Assembly: GCA_965231015.1 (NCBI GenBank)
Contig: OZ246408.1
Coordinates: forward strand, 19,755 to 83,754
Reading direction: 5' to 3'
DNA length: 64,000 bases
From: an uncultured Gammaproteobacteria bacterium
GTDB lineage: Bacteria; Patescibacteriota; Patescibacteriia; UBA9934; CAZDDW01
The translations under genes were made by a program, and so were the position numbers. A model generated the notes under the pieces. The model was given only the letters and a program-made list of their open reading frames with translations, had not been told where the DNA came from and ran no database searches. How positions within the stretch are numbered: the first letter of the stretch is position 1; every line of letters starts with the position of its first letter. Of this stretch, positions 46,694-56,023 are shown one piece after another.

Positions 46694-47917
46694 ATGCCCA
46701 AGCTGGCTATTCCTTTACATGATCATAAAACAGCTCGTCGATCCCGGCGGGCTGTTTGGAAAATAGTAGGAACAATATTTTTACTTGGTTTGGTTTGGCT
46801 GGCAAGCGAAACCATCTTCACCCGCAATACTTTTGCTAGATACACACCCAGAGAGACTTCTTATACTATATTAATAGAACTAAACCAAAACAATAGAAAC
46901 GAAATTATAGGTTTGATTGGTGAAATCCAACCATTGGTTGACCGCGGACTAACTATGGGCGAAGTTCTGCCTTATGCCAAGAGTTCGGTGGCCATTTTCT
47001 TGGGTCCATCTCAAAACACACTTGGAATTAACGTTAGTTTACCTGAAGAATTCAAACGAAAATGTCAGGCTCAGAACATTAATATCACTGAACCCATCAA
47101 AGGAGTCAGCTTGCTTTCTACAAACCCAATCGAGTTAGAACAGCTGGATTATAACCTGCGTTTGATCGACCAACTTGACCCTAGAGGTGTTGGTTATGTT
47201 ATTCATCACCAGACTGGTGAACACCGAGTGATGAGTATAAAGGAAAAAGCGTTCGGATATTCCATACAAACCAATGAACCATCAACAGACACAGTTCTAG
47301 CGAGCGTACCGAGTAAAGCAGGGTTGGCTCTGGCAATTGCTCCGGAACCTGAAACAATAAAAGTTGTAGAAGACATTTTTTCAAGCCTGGCAACAGACTT
47401 TGTTAAATCTATCTTACATGAACTAAAAAACCACGGAGGAACTGTTTACGCCAGTGATTTAACCTTAAACGAGGTAAGTTTCGAGATAAATCGAGCAATT
47501 CCTAAAGAAAACTTGATAAATATTCATAATTACTATGAAACCGGTCTTTCAGCAGATATCACGATCTATCAACTACCTGATAATACTTTAGTATACGAAA
47601 TATTACAGCTTAAGCCAGAAATAACAGGTACCTGGACCCAAGAAGGGGATTCGAGTTCATATGAAACCAAGCATTTGATGAGCATGGTGTCCTCTAATCA
47701 AACTACAATCACCAATCATAACCTTGACCTTGACCCAATCGACAATATTTGCTCAATTCAGCCATCAGCCTTGTTTTTTCCACAAAAAAGCCTTGAACCA
47801 GAATCCTTTCTTTATATTTCAGATAGTTTAGACATGTTTTTGAATTCAATGGAAAATTTTGTCGAGGTTGGTCTAGACAATTATGCTAAAAATCAGGTCA
47901 TAAGACTGTGTAAATGA
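46694..47917 (+). CDS. Hypothetical membrane-anchored protein
   Basis: 407 aa; one N-terminal TM helix (IVGTIFLLGLVWLASETIF), no recognisable domain. Begins 5 nt after the pnp stop. Confidence 0.5.
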   Translation: MPKLAIPLHDHKTARRSRRAVWKIVGTIFLLGLVWLASETIFTRNTFARYTPRETSYTILIELNQNNRNEIIGLIGEIQPLVDRGLTMGEVLPYAKSSVAIFLGPSQNTLGINVSLPEEFKRKCQAQNINITEPIKGVSLLSTNPIELEQLDYNLRLIDQLDPRGVGYVIHHQTGEHRVMSIKEKAFGYSIQTNEPSTDTVLASVPSKAGLALAIAPEPETIKVVEDIFSSLATDFVKSILHELKNHGGTVYASDLTLNEVSFEINRAIPKENLINIHNYYETGLSADITIYQLPDNTLVYEILQLKPEITGTWTQEGDSSSYETKHLMSMVSSNQTTITNHNLDLDPIDNICSIQPSALFFPQKSLEPESFLYISDSLDMFLNSMENFVEVGLDNYAKNQVIRLCK

Positions 47918-48299
47918 TAATTCTGTGGATAAATTGCTGATATTATCCTCATTTATTCACAGTCGAACACAAAATTTATACACAATAATAAATCAGTCTA
48001 AATATATAGGCTGTTTTTTGTCATAATTTAGCCTAATATCGTAGATTGACTTTTTCGGTATTTTATGGTATTATATGTACATACCCTTCAGAAGTTCTTT
48101 ACACACATTTCAGATTTCAGGGAGATTTTGCGAAAGTCCCCACACTTTCGCAAAACATCCCACACTTCTACTTCTTTGTTGCGCGTCCAAAAATAAAAAC
48201 AAAAGTAAAAGCACTCGGTCAGCTGACAACCAAACAACCGTCATATGGTTGCCGTCAGTAAGACCAAAAAGAGGTAGGAGCGTATATCTGTACTTGACC

Positions 48300-48449
48300 C
48301 AGGGTTCGCAATTCCGAGCGCGTGTAGTGCTGATTTATGTCAGTAGTACAGGCGCCCGGAAGAGCTTGAGCCTAAAAAATGGGTCTCTCACTAGAGGGAC
48401 ACCGCACAAAATCTCTTATAAGGGCGGCAAATGTCCCTCTTTTTTTTTG
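48300..48449 (+). ncRNA. Candidate small structured RNA ending at a strong terminator (identity unresolved; weak resemblance to SRP-RNA helix 8, ..CAGGCGCCCGGAAGAGCTTGAGCC..)
   Basis: A 600-bp gap (47918-48522) without a convincing ORF. The last ~150 nt contain CCGGAAG...AGCC and end in a 10-bp-stem terminator with T9. The 5' end is not defined. Confidence 0.2.
48393..48449 (+). terminator. Strong rho-independent terminator (AGAGGGAC...GTCCCTCT + T9)
   Basis: 8-bp outer stem with an internal CCGC/GGCGG sub-helix, followed by nine T residues. Confidence 0.75.
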
Positions 48450-48522
48450 CACAATTTTTACCTTGACAAAACAGTAATTCAGTACTAAAATGACATAACT
48501 AAGTCGATTTAACTTCAATCAT

Positions 48523-48897
48523 ATGGACCAGGATTTTGTAGACAAAATGAAGGAACAAATGCTGGAAGAAAAAAAACGTTTAGAAGAAGAGTTGTCACGT
48601 TTTGCTCATCGTAATAAAAAAGCCACACAAACCGATTATGATGCCGATTATGAAGATATGGGAGACAAAGAGGATGAAAACGCGGCTGAGGTGGCTCGTT
48701 ACTCAGATAATTTGTCACTTGAAAACGCTCTTGAAAAGGCTTTGCGTGATGTGGAAGCAGCATTGGAACGTGTCGACAAGGGTGATTATGGCGTGTGCAA
48801 ATATTGCAAATCTGAAATTTCTGAACAACGCCTGACCGCGCGACCGACTTCTTCGGCTTGCATACAATGTAAAAAGACCCTGACACAAGAGGTGTGA
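48523..48897 (+). CDS. DksA/TraR-family C4 zinc-finger protein
   Basis: 124 aa; N-terminal coiled-coil, C-terminal CKYC-x17-CIQC zinc finger. Confidence 0.7.
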   Translation: MDQDFVDKMKEQMLEEKKRLEEELSRFAHRNKKATQTDYDADYEDMGDKEDENAAEVARYSDNLSLENALEKALRDVEAALERVDKGDYGVCKYCKSEISEQRLTARPTSSACIQCKKTLTQEV

Positions 48898-49346
48898 AGA
48901 TAAATCCATTGGCAATTGGAATCATTGCTGGTGTTCTGGTAGTAATCGACGAGGTGTTTAAATATTTAGTATTATCAAGACTTCCTGAAAATGGGAGTCT
49001 TATTGGTAATAAATTTTTTGCCCTTGGTCTACACAAGAACTTCGGCATTGCCTTCAACCTACCATTGAATTTACCTCTGGTGATTATTATCACCATTCTA
49101 CTGATCATAATTTTTGGCATCTTTATCAGTAAGCACTATCAAACCCAACCCAGATTAGCTTCAGGATGTTTATTGATTATTCTTGGAGCAATCGGTAATC
49201 TATTTGACCGGATTATTTATGGATTCACAGTTGATTACTTAATTTTTTTCACCCGTTCAGCCATCAATCTCTCGGATGTTCTCATCGTTGCTGGAATTGC
49301 TTGGTTGATCCTTGGCAACCGATCGAATATATCTAAAAATCCATAA
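48894..49346 (+). CDS. lspA: Lipoprotein signal peptidase II
   Basis: 150 aa, four TM helices, conserved ..GAIGNLFDR.. and ..FTVDY.. / ..NLSDVLI.. motifs. The start overlaps the dksA-like stop. Confidence 0.8.
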   Translation: MKINPLAIGIIAGVLVVIDEVFKYLVLSRLPENGSLIGNKFFALGLHKNFGIAFNLPLNLPLVIIITILLIIIFGIFISKHYQTQPRLASGCLLIILGAIGNLFDRIIYGFTVDYLIFFTRSAINLSDVLIVAGIAWLILGNRSNISKNP

Positions 49347-49404
49347 ATCTTGAAATTTAGAAATAATTTATGACTCCCCGTTGTAATAATTATTGGGAGT
49401 TTTT

Positions 49405-50928
49405 ATGTCTCAAAAAATTCAATCCGCCACTATTATTGGGCTACAGGCCGAACTCATTGAGGTCGAGGCTTCATCCAGTATGGGAATGACAAACTTTTTC
49501 CTGGTTGGTCTTCCTGATACGGAAATTAAGGAAGCTCGAGAACGAGTACGAGCCGCCATCAAAGCGTCTGGTTTACCATTTCCCAGGGGACGAATCATTG
49601 TTAACCTGGCCCCGGCTCGAGTCAAAAAGACCGGCACACATTTTGATATACCGATCGCCCTTTCCTTGCTCTCAAGTCTTGGCGAGCTTGAACTAAAAAA
49701 GACCAAGGATGCGTTGTTCATGGGCGAGCTCGGACTCGACGGCACCGTACGACCAATCACTGGTGTCTTGATTGCTGCCTTGGCAGCCCGAGATCATAAC
49801 ATAAATACAATTTACGTTCCTGAAGCTAACGTTAATGAGGCCAGTATCGTCAAAGAATGCCGAGTTTATCCAATTAAAACCCTGGCTGGGTTAGTTCGAC
49901 ACCTAAACGGGGAAGAGGAGATCAAACCAGCCGAGCCCCAACGGTTCTCGATCCAAGAATCAACCAAACATAAATTTGACATGGCTGACGTGCGCGGGCA
50001 GGAGTACGTGAAAAGAGCGCTTGAGATTGCCGCGGCCGGTGGACACAACGTCTTGCTGAATGGGCCTCCGGGCTCTGGCAAAACCTTGCTCGCAAAAACC
50101 TTTGCCTCAATTTTGCCTGAACTCAACCTGCCCGAAGCTTTGGAGGTGTCAAAAATTTATTCGGCAGCCGGACTCGTTGAGGAGGGAAAGCCTTTGGTGG
50201 CCACCCGACCGTTCCGCCATCCGCACCACAGCGCCTCAAGTGTTTCGATTGTGGGTGGCGGCGGATGGCCGCGTCCAGGAGAGATCAGTTTGGCTCACCG
50301 CGGGGTATTGTTTATGGACGAATTCCCTGAATTTCCACGCCACGTCCTTGAAACATTACGCCAACCTCTTGAAGACGGGATTATCACGGTGGCTCGAGCC
50401 GCCGGCACATTTACCTTCCCGGCCAAGTTTATGCTACTTGCGGCCATGAACCCGTGTCCGTGCGGTTTCGCGAGCGACCCGGACAAACAATGTGTTTGTA
50501 CCCCACGACGACTAGTTGATTACAGCAAGAAAATCTCAGGACCGCTTCTCGACCGCATTGATCTTGGAGTGGAGGTTCCAAAAGTAAAAACCGAGGCTTT
50601 AATGCGCGATGAACCGGCTGAAGCTTCGGACGTAATTCGAAAACGAGTAAAAGCCGCGCGAATGATCCAACACGAGAGACTAAACCAGCACAACATCTTT
50701 GTAAACAGCGAGATGTCGAGTCGGCTCATTAAACAATTCTGCCCACTAAACGACGCCGGATCAAAATTACTTGAACAAGCGATCAAAACCAAGCATTTAT
50801 CTGCCCGAGCCTACACTCGAGTTCTCAAAATATCTCGCACTATTGCAGATCTCGCCGGAGAAGGTATGATTGCGCCCGAGCATATTCTCGAGGCGCTTCA
50901 GTATAGACCCAAAACGGCTGAACTGTAA
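49405..50928 (+). CDS. comM: Mg-chelatase-like AAA+ ATPase YifB/ComM
   Basis: Start at MSQKIQSATIIGL. N-terminal Lon-protease-like ChlI domain. Walker A (GPPGSGKT) and Walker B (..VLFMDEFPEF..). Conserved C4 cluster CPCG...C.C. Confidence 0.9.
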   Translation: MSQKIQSATIIGLQAELIEVEASSSMGMTNFFLVGLPDTEIKEARERVRAAIKASGLPFPRGRIIVNLAPARVKKTGTHFDIPIALSLLSSLGELELKKTKDALFMGELGLDGTVRPITGVLIAALAARDHNINTIYVPEANVNEASIVKECRVYPIKTLAGLVRHLNGEEEIKPAEPQRFSIQESTKHKFDMADVRGQEYVKRALEIAAAGGHNVLLNGPPGSGKTLLAKTFASILPELNLPEALEVSKIYSAAGLVEEGKPLVATRPFRHPHHSASSVSIVGGGGWPRPGEISLAHRGVLFMDEFPEFPRHVLETLRQPLEDGIITVARAAGTFTFPAKFMLLAAMNPCPCGFASDPDKQCVCTPRRLVDYSKKISGPLLDRIDLGVEVPKVKTEALMRDEPAEASDVIRKRVKAARMIQHERLNQHNIFVNSEMSSRLIKQFCPLNDAGSKLLEQAIKTKHLSARAYTRVLKISRTIADLAGEGMIAPEHILEALQYRPKTAEL

Positions 50929-50932
50929 TCAA

Positions 50933-50965
50933 AGGGGCAACCACAAGGGTTGCCCCTACACCGTT
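50933..50965 (+). terminator. Terminator hairpin after comM (GGGGCAACC-acaa-GGTTGCCCC)
   Basis: Perfect 9-bp stem. The T-run is weak (TACACCGTTT). Repeat copy B starts 2 nt later. Confidence 0.45.
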
Positions 50966-50966
50966 T

Positions 50967-51193
50967 CCGCCACTTCGAGCACGACGTGGGTTGATGGACA
51001 TTTTTTACCGGTTCCGACCGAATGGGAGGGATGACGAGAACTGCTTGAAGCCGAGCGCCCACCTAAAAAACAACCAGCGCGAGGCAAGTTCTGCAGTCAA
51101 GGTAAAAAATGTTCATTAATAACCTCAGGCAAGCGCAGAAAGGCGGTTGGTTTCTTTTCTTGCTTTTCTTTGCCAATCCAAAGAAAAGCAAAC
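50967..51193 (+). repeat. Copy B of the ~230-nt repeated element
   Basis: Same start (CCGCCACTTCGAGCACGACG), internal ATGGACATTTTT.. small ORF, and terminal hairpin TTGCTTTTCTTTGCC-AAT-CCAAAGAAAAGCAA. Confidence 0.7.
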
Positions 51194-51600
51194 TGTAATA
51201 TACTTGACCTTTTGAACGACTTATTATAATGTAGGACGTTCGGTTCCAAAAACCGGAAAACCTATATGAACATGATGCTTACGCACAACAAGAAAACACC
51301 CTTTGTTGGGGATGTCTCTGGGGCTATTGCTCCAGGTTTGGTTGGGCGTTTTCTAAAAATAAGTATGCATTATGTTTAAATTTTAACTTGTTTTTAGGAA
51401 AGGCCCGGCCATAGTGCCGGGTCTTTTGATTCAATTGAATACTCGAAACCTCGCTCGAGCTAAGCCGAGGGTTGGTTAAGTGTGTTCGAACAATGAATCA
51501 AAGCTTAGGTCCTTAGCACCTAAGCATCTTGTTCACTGTTTGGGTGGTGCGGAAGCATAAGGCGACTGTGCCACCTGGACGTAATCTAGGAATTTGTCTT

Positions 51601-53346
51601 ATGAACGAATTCGCAGAATTCTGGTTGAAGCTCTGGAAACTAATCCGACCCTACAAGCGTTCGCTTGGGTGGACCGCTGTTTCTATTCTGATAGTTCAAA
51701 TTCTGATCCTGGTTGATCCGTACCTTTTCAAACTGATCCTTGATGAGTTCCAAAATTGGGGACCTGGATCAAACAAAACGATCCTCTGGTTGATTGGTGG
51801 TGTGTTCATTACCACATGGGTAATCACCGCAGTCAACAATGTTAAACACAGGAACATCTTCAAATCCCTCTTGATTGTGGAACGTGAAGTTCCTAGTCGG
51901 TGCATGAAAAAGCTACTTGATCTATCCTTCGGTTATCATCTGCGTGAAAACACGGGTGGAAAGATGGGCAAGATCACTCGTGGAACCCACAAGCTGATCG
52001 ACATCCTGGCTTTCATCATGTTCGATGTTGTTCCGACTCTGATTGAGATTGTTCTCGTTGGAATAGTGATCTTGACTTTGAACTGGTTGGTGGCCCTAAT
52101 TTTCCTGGCTGCTATCCCGCTCTACCTAGTCCAAGTTCTGTTCACAGAACGCAAAATTGGACCAATGCGGAGATTACGTCACGACCGATACGAAGCAGCT
52201 GACCACATGATGACGCAAGCGATTGTAAACGTCTCAAGCGTACAGTCGTTCGCTCAAGAGCAAGGTGAGTATGACCGTTTCTATTCCCTGAAAGAAAAAA
52301 TCTTCAAGGATGAAATGGCTGAATGGATTTGGCAGATCAACTTCGACTGGTTCCGAGCCGGGGTCATTAACGTGGCTCAGGTAGCAGTACTAGCCGTCTC
52401 TGTTTGGCAGGTGAGTAATGGGAACATTTCAATGGGTTCATTGGTACTGTTCCTAATCCTTTCAAACAAAGTCTACTTCTCAATCTACAAACTCTCACGG
52501 CTTTACGAGAAGATTGCTGATGCTAGTGAATCTGTTTCAAGGCTCATCAACATCCTCAACGAACCGGTTGAGATTGAGTCAAACAAGAACGCGATAAATC
52601 CAGAGATGATCGAGGGCAATATTGCTTTCGAAAATATTTCGTTTTGTTATCCAGAAACCAACAACGGAATCCATGGACTCAGTCTGGAAATCAAATCCGG
52701 TGAAACCGTTGGGCTTTGTGGCCCATCAGGTGGCGGTAAGAGCACCTTGGCCCGGCTTGTTCCACGTTTCTACGACGTTTGCTCTGGTTCAATCCAGATT
52801 GATGGAGTAGACGTGCGCGAGCTAGACCTTCGGTACCGACGCCACATCGCTGCCGTGCCACAAGAAGTTGAAATCTTCGATGGCACCATTGCGGACAACA
52901 TCAAGTATGGTTGCCCGAGCGCAACCGATGCTCAGGTTCGTGATGCAGCCAGAGTGGCTAACGTGGATGAGTTCGTTGAGAAGCTCGAGCATGGTTACAA
53001 AACCGTGGTCGGGGAACGCGGTCTTAGACTCTCTGGGGGACAACGCCAACGGGTGGGTATTGCTCGCGCGATTCTCACCGACCCCGCCGTGTTAATCTTT
53101 GATGAAGCCACTTCTCACCTTGACCCAATCAGTGAAGAACTAATCCAGGAATCTATGAAGGAACTTATGGGTACCCGAACGATTCTTATCATCGCCCATC
53201 GACTTTCCACGATCCAAGACGCTGACCGAATCGTGGTTCTGGACGAAGGAAGAATCAAAGAGCAAGGTACTCACAAAACCCTTATGTCTCGCGGTGGGCT
53301 TTACCATGAGCTTGCCACGTGCCTGGCAACAGACACTTCAACCTAA
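51601..53346 (+). CDS. ABC exporter, fused permease + ATPase (MsbA/lipid-A-exporter-like)
   Basis: Start at MNEFAEFWLKLWKLIRPYKRS (family-typical). Six TM helices. Walker A (GPSGGGKST), signature LSGGQRQR, Walker B (ILIFDEATSHLD). Confidence 0.85.
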   Translation: MNEFAEFWLKLWKLIRPYKRSLGWTAVSILIVQILILVDPYLFKLILDEFQNWGPGSNKTILWLIGGVFITTWVITAVNNVKHRNIFKSLLIVEREVPSRCMKKLLDLSFGYHLRENTGGKMGKITRGTHKLIDILAFIMFDVVPTLIEIVLVGIVILTLNWLVALIFLAAIPLYLVQVLFTERKIGPMRRLRHDRYEAADHMMTQAIVNVSSVQSFAQEQGEYDRFYSLKEKIFKDEMAEWIWQINFDWFRAGVINVAQVAVLAVSVWQVSNGNISMGSLVLFLILSNKVYFSIYKLSRLYEKIADASESVSRLINILNEPVEIESNKNAINPEMIEGNIAFENISFCYPETNNGIHGLSLEIKSGETVGLCGPSGGGKSTLARLVPRFYDVCSGSIQIDGVDVRELDLRYRRHIAAVPQEVEIFDGTIADNIKYGCPSATDAQVRDAARVANVDEFVEKLEHGYKTVVGERGLRLSGGQRQRVGIARAILTDPAVLIFDEATSHLDPISEELIQESMKELMGTRTILIIAHRLSTIQDADRIVVLDEGRIKEQGTHKTLMSRGGLYHELATCLATDTST

Positions 53347-53385
53347 AACCAGCCGGCTCTCCGTGAGCCCGGCTGGTTTCTTATT
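53347..53385. terminator. Bidirectional terminator (AACCAGCCGG-ctctccgtgag-CCGGCTGGTT + TCTTATTC)
   Basis: 10-bp stem located between the convergent ABC exporter gene and the zinc-ribbon membrane-protein gene. Confidence 0.55.
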
Positions 53386-53392
53386 CATGATC

Positions 53393-53794
53393 TTATACTA
53401 CGTATCGTGCTATTAGGTAAGCACCTACAAGAATCGAGATCCAAATTATTCCAATAGCATCCAAAATACGCATGCGAGTCCTGAACTCTTCCCAAGACCC
53501 CCAACCTCCGGCGCGCCAGGACAGTTGGCGGCCAAACAGAACCATGATGATCAAAGCGGCAATTCCAACCACCGGAATTAAAGAAAGCAAGAACCAAAAA
53601 TAAAGCCTAGACCCGAAAGTAAATCCTTGGGTGAAGAAAAGGGCTCCCAGCGACGGACCGCGCAGATAGCGAGCCTGAGTTTTTTCAGATGGCTCAATAA
53701 TAATATTAAAACCACAGTGTTTGCACTGTTCCTGTAATTCTTTTACTGCCTGTTTACAATCTGGGCAAGACTTATGATCGAGTTCTTTTTTCAT
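53393..53794 (-). CDS. Zinc-ribbon plus membrane-domain protein (hypothetical)
   Basis: 133 aa; N-terminal CPDC...CKHC zinc ribbon followed by 3 TM helices. Confidence 0.5.
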   Translation of the reverse strand: MKKELDHKSCPDCKQAVKELQEQCKHCGFNIIIEPSEKTQARYLRGPSLGALFFTQGFTFGSRLYFWFLLSLIPVVGIAALIIMVLFGRQLSWRAGGWGSWEEFRTRMRILDAIGIIWISILVGAYLIARYVV

Positions 53795-53849
53795 GAATCT
53801 ATTATATCAGAAAAGCACCGATTAGGGTGCTTTTCATTGTTATTTCAAA

Positions 53850-55190
53850 TTATCGAATGTAACTCAATGGATTGCGAGTGCTGCCATTCACCCGAACCTC
53901 AAAGTGAAGGTGAGTTCCGGTTGATCTACCGGTCGTACCACAAACTCCAAGGTCTTGTCCGGCACCAACGGTCTGTCCGGCACTTACCGCAATAGAAGAA
54001 AAATGTCCATAACGGGTCACCATGCCGCCACCATGGTCAACATCAACCATTAATCCATAACCACCATTCCATCCGGCGTAAGTTACTACTCCGGAGTTAG
54101 CGGCATAGTTGTGGTTAGTGTAACCACAGTCAATATCAAGTCCACCGTGGCTCCAACCATAGTACTGAGTAATAACACGCAAGTCTGATGGCCAGACCCA
54201 ACCACCGGTTGAACCGGAATAAGTTCCGGAATAAGTTGAAACACCACTGCCACTTGAAGCCGAGCTACCAGATGATGAAGTGGTAGCCGCTGAAACAACG
54301 GTTCGTTTAATTCCACCGGGCAAAATTAATTCCTCACCGACCACAATGTCATTCGAGTCAGCCAAAGCATTAAAGGCAATGATATCTTCCGTCTCAACTT
54401 CGTATTCTTTAGCAATTTCAAGCAGGGTTTCTCCAGAAGTTACAGTATGTAAAATACCGGTTACCGGCGGAATCTTCAGTTCATCTCCGGGACGAATATA
54501 ACTCCAAGTTCCAAGACCATTAGCCCAAAGCACGGTCGAGGTACTCACCCCAAATTTCTCCGCAATCGAACTAACTGTGTCGCCGTCCTCCACCACGTAA
54601 GACTCCACTTCTGTTCGCGGAGCAATACTTTCACCCCCCTCCTGAATGGTAGGGCTGACCAACGCTCCGCCACCAAGAGTGGTAATGTGTGACTCTTCAA
54701 AAGTAAGATCATTCATGTAACTAGTTCCGTCCATCAAGCCTTCACCCAAGTAACTAGTCGGTTCAGGTTCTCGAATCTCAACCGCTGACACTTCTTCTAC
54801 CAAATATGAATCATCATTAGCTACCAAAGCATATAAAGTGCTACGCTCACCAAAATTTTCCGCCCTAACTTCTGAACCACTAAAGTTGACCGCACTGGCA
54901 ACAAGAGCGACAGCCACAATAGCAAAGTGAATTGCAAATCGATTTGAAAACATGTATAGGAAACGCTCTCGAGCCGGCAAATACAGTTTTGAGGCTTGGC
55001 GTCGTCCGGCAAACCATAACCGCAATGCACGCACTGCGAACGGACGAACAAAAAATCGTCCAAACCAACGCACCGGAGTAAACACAAGGCGCAAAGTAGG
55101 ACGAATCTTCTTCTTTAAAACCACCATCGCACCTAAAAAAGCGAGGGCAAATCTGATTCCAAATTGTTTTAAAGTAAGTTTGATATACAC
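53850..55190 (-). CDS. M23-family metallopeptidase with two LysM domains
   Basis: N-terminal TM segments. Two LysM repeats (..YVVEDGDTVSSIAEKFGVSTSTVLWANGL.. and ..HTVTSGETLLEIAKEYEVETEDIIAFNAL..). C-terminal M23 motifs (..GLDIDCGYTNHNY.., ..HGGGMVTRYGHFSS.., ..GTTGRSTGTHLHFEVRVNG..). Confidence 0.85.
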   Translation of the reverse strand: MYIKLTLKQFGIRFALAFLGAMVVLKKKIRPTLRLVFTPVRWFGRFFVRPFAVRALRLWFAGRRQASKLYLPARERFLYMFSNRFAIHFAIVAVALVASAVNFSGSEVRAENFGERSTLYALVANDDSYLVEEVSAVEIREPEPTSYLGEGLMDGTSYMNDLTFEESHITTLGGGALVSPTIQEGGESIAPRTEVESYVVEDGDTVSSIAEKFGVSTSTVLWANGLGTWSYIRPGDELKIPPVTGILHTVTSGETLLEIAKEYEVETEDIIAFNALADSNDIVVGEELILPGGIKRTVVSAATTSSSGSSASSGSGVSTYSGTYSGSTGGWVWPSDLRVITQYYGWSHGGLDIDCGYTNHNYAANSGVVTYAGWNGGYGLMVDVDHGGGMVTRYGHFSSIAVSAGQTVGAGQDLGVCGTTGRSTGTHLHFEVRVNGSTRNPLSYIR

Positions 55191-55285
55191 CTCTCGGGAA
55201 ACCTGATCAAACTGGAGCAGCGACGGTCGGAATAGCCTGTTTTCATGCGTTTTCCAAGCTGACAGTTTTCAGGATTACGGGGAGT

Positions 55286-55314
55286 AATATAGCAAAAATG
55301 CCGTATTTAGTCAA
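55286..55314 (-). promoter_or_regulatory. Sigma70-like promoter (TTGACT -17- TATATT on the minus strand) for the M23 peptidase gene
   Basis: Reverse complement reads TTGACTaaatacggcatttttgcTATATT. Four GTCAA/TTGAC half-sites nearby, including the palindrome GTCAAAcaTTTGAC at ~55319-55334. Confidence 0.4.
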
Positions 55315-55341
55315 TGGATCGTGTCAAACATTTGACTAATT

Positions 55342-55971
55342 TTAGATATTTTTGTCAAACAAAGTTGGAAGAAAGGGTCTAAAATTCATGCGGTGTATTG
55401 GACATGGACCATACTCGGAAATAGCTGACTCATGATCCCGGGTTCCATACCCTTTATGCTTAGCAAAACCGTATTCTGGGTATTTCTCCTCATACTTTAT
55501 CATAATCCGATCCCTGGTCACTTTGGCAATCACTGAAGCTGCGGCAATCGACTTTACGGTCCGGTCTCCCTTGATGATTCTTTTTTGAGGAAGTGTAATT
55601 CCGGGCACCAAATATCCGTCTACGAGCACATAATCTATTTCACTAATCTGCCCAAGCGCCCGACGCATGGCCAAAAAAGTGGCTTGTCTTAGGCCAAAAG
55701 TCTCAATCTCAGCCACAGACGCTTCAGCTACCCCACACGCCTTAGTTTTGCTTAAAATTTGCGGATACAGCTCCTCCCGTGCTGCCGGACTCATTAATTT
55801 CGAATCTTTTACCTTAGCCAGGCGTGAATTTAAAGGAAAAATCACTGCTGCGGCCACTACTGGACCGGCTAATGCACCACAACCCGCTTCATCAACCCCA
55901 ACGATTGCGGTATATCCAGCCTTAATAAGAGATCGCTCCTCTTGAAATGTTGGGGATGAAGGAATTGACAT
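55342..55971 (-). CDS. rnhB: Ribonuclease HII
   Basis: 209 aa; ..[23 protein letters not shown].. (DEA catalytic motif) and overall RNase HII pattern. Confidence 0.9.
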   Translation of the reverse strand: MSIPSSPTFQEERSLIKAGYTAIVGVDEAGCGALAGPVVAAAVIFPLNSRLAKVKDSKLMSPAAREELYPQILSKTKACGVAEASVAEIETFGLRQATFLAMRRALGQISEIDYVLVDGYLVPGITLPQKRIIKGDRTVKSIAAASVIAKVTRDRIMIKYEEKYPEYGFAKHKGYGTRDHESAISEYGPCPIHRMNFRPFLPTLFDKNI

Positions 55972-55993
55972 AATGGTATACTACCACTATTAT
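55965..55993 (+). promoter_or_regulatory. Sigma70-like promoter (TTGACA -17- TATTAT) for the pyrophosphatase gene, embedded in the rnhB 5' end
   Basis: Explains why the ORF track's upstream-extended start (55973) is unlikely. The real ATG is at 56024. Confidence 0.45.
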
Positions 55994-56023
55994 AATACCG
56001 TTCTAAAATTAAACTCGCAAAGT

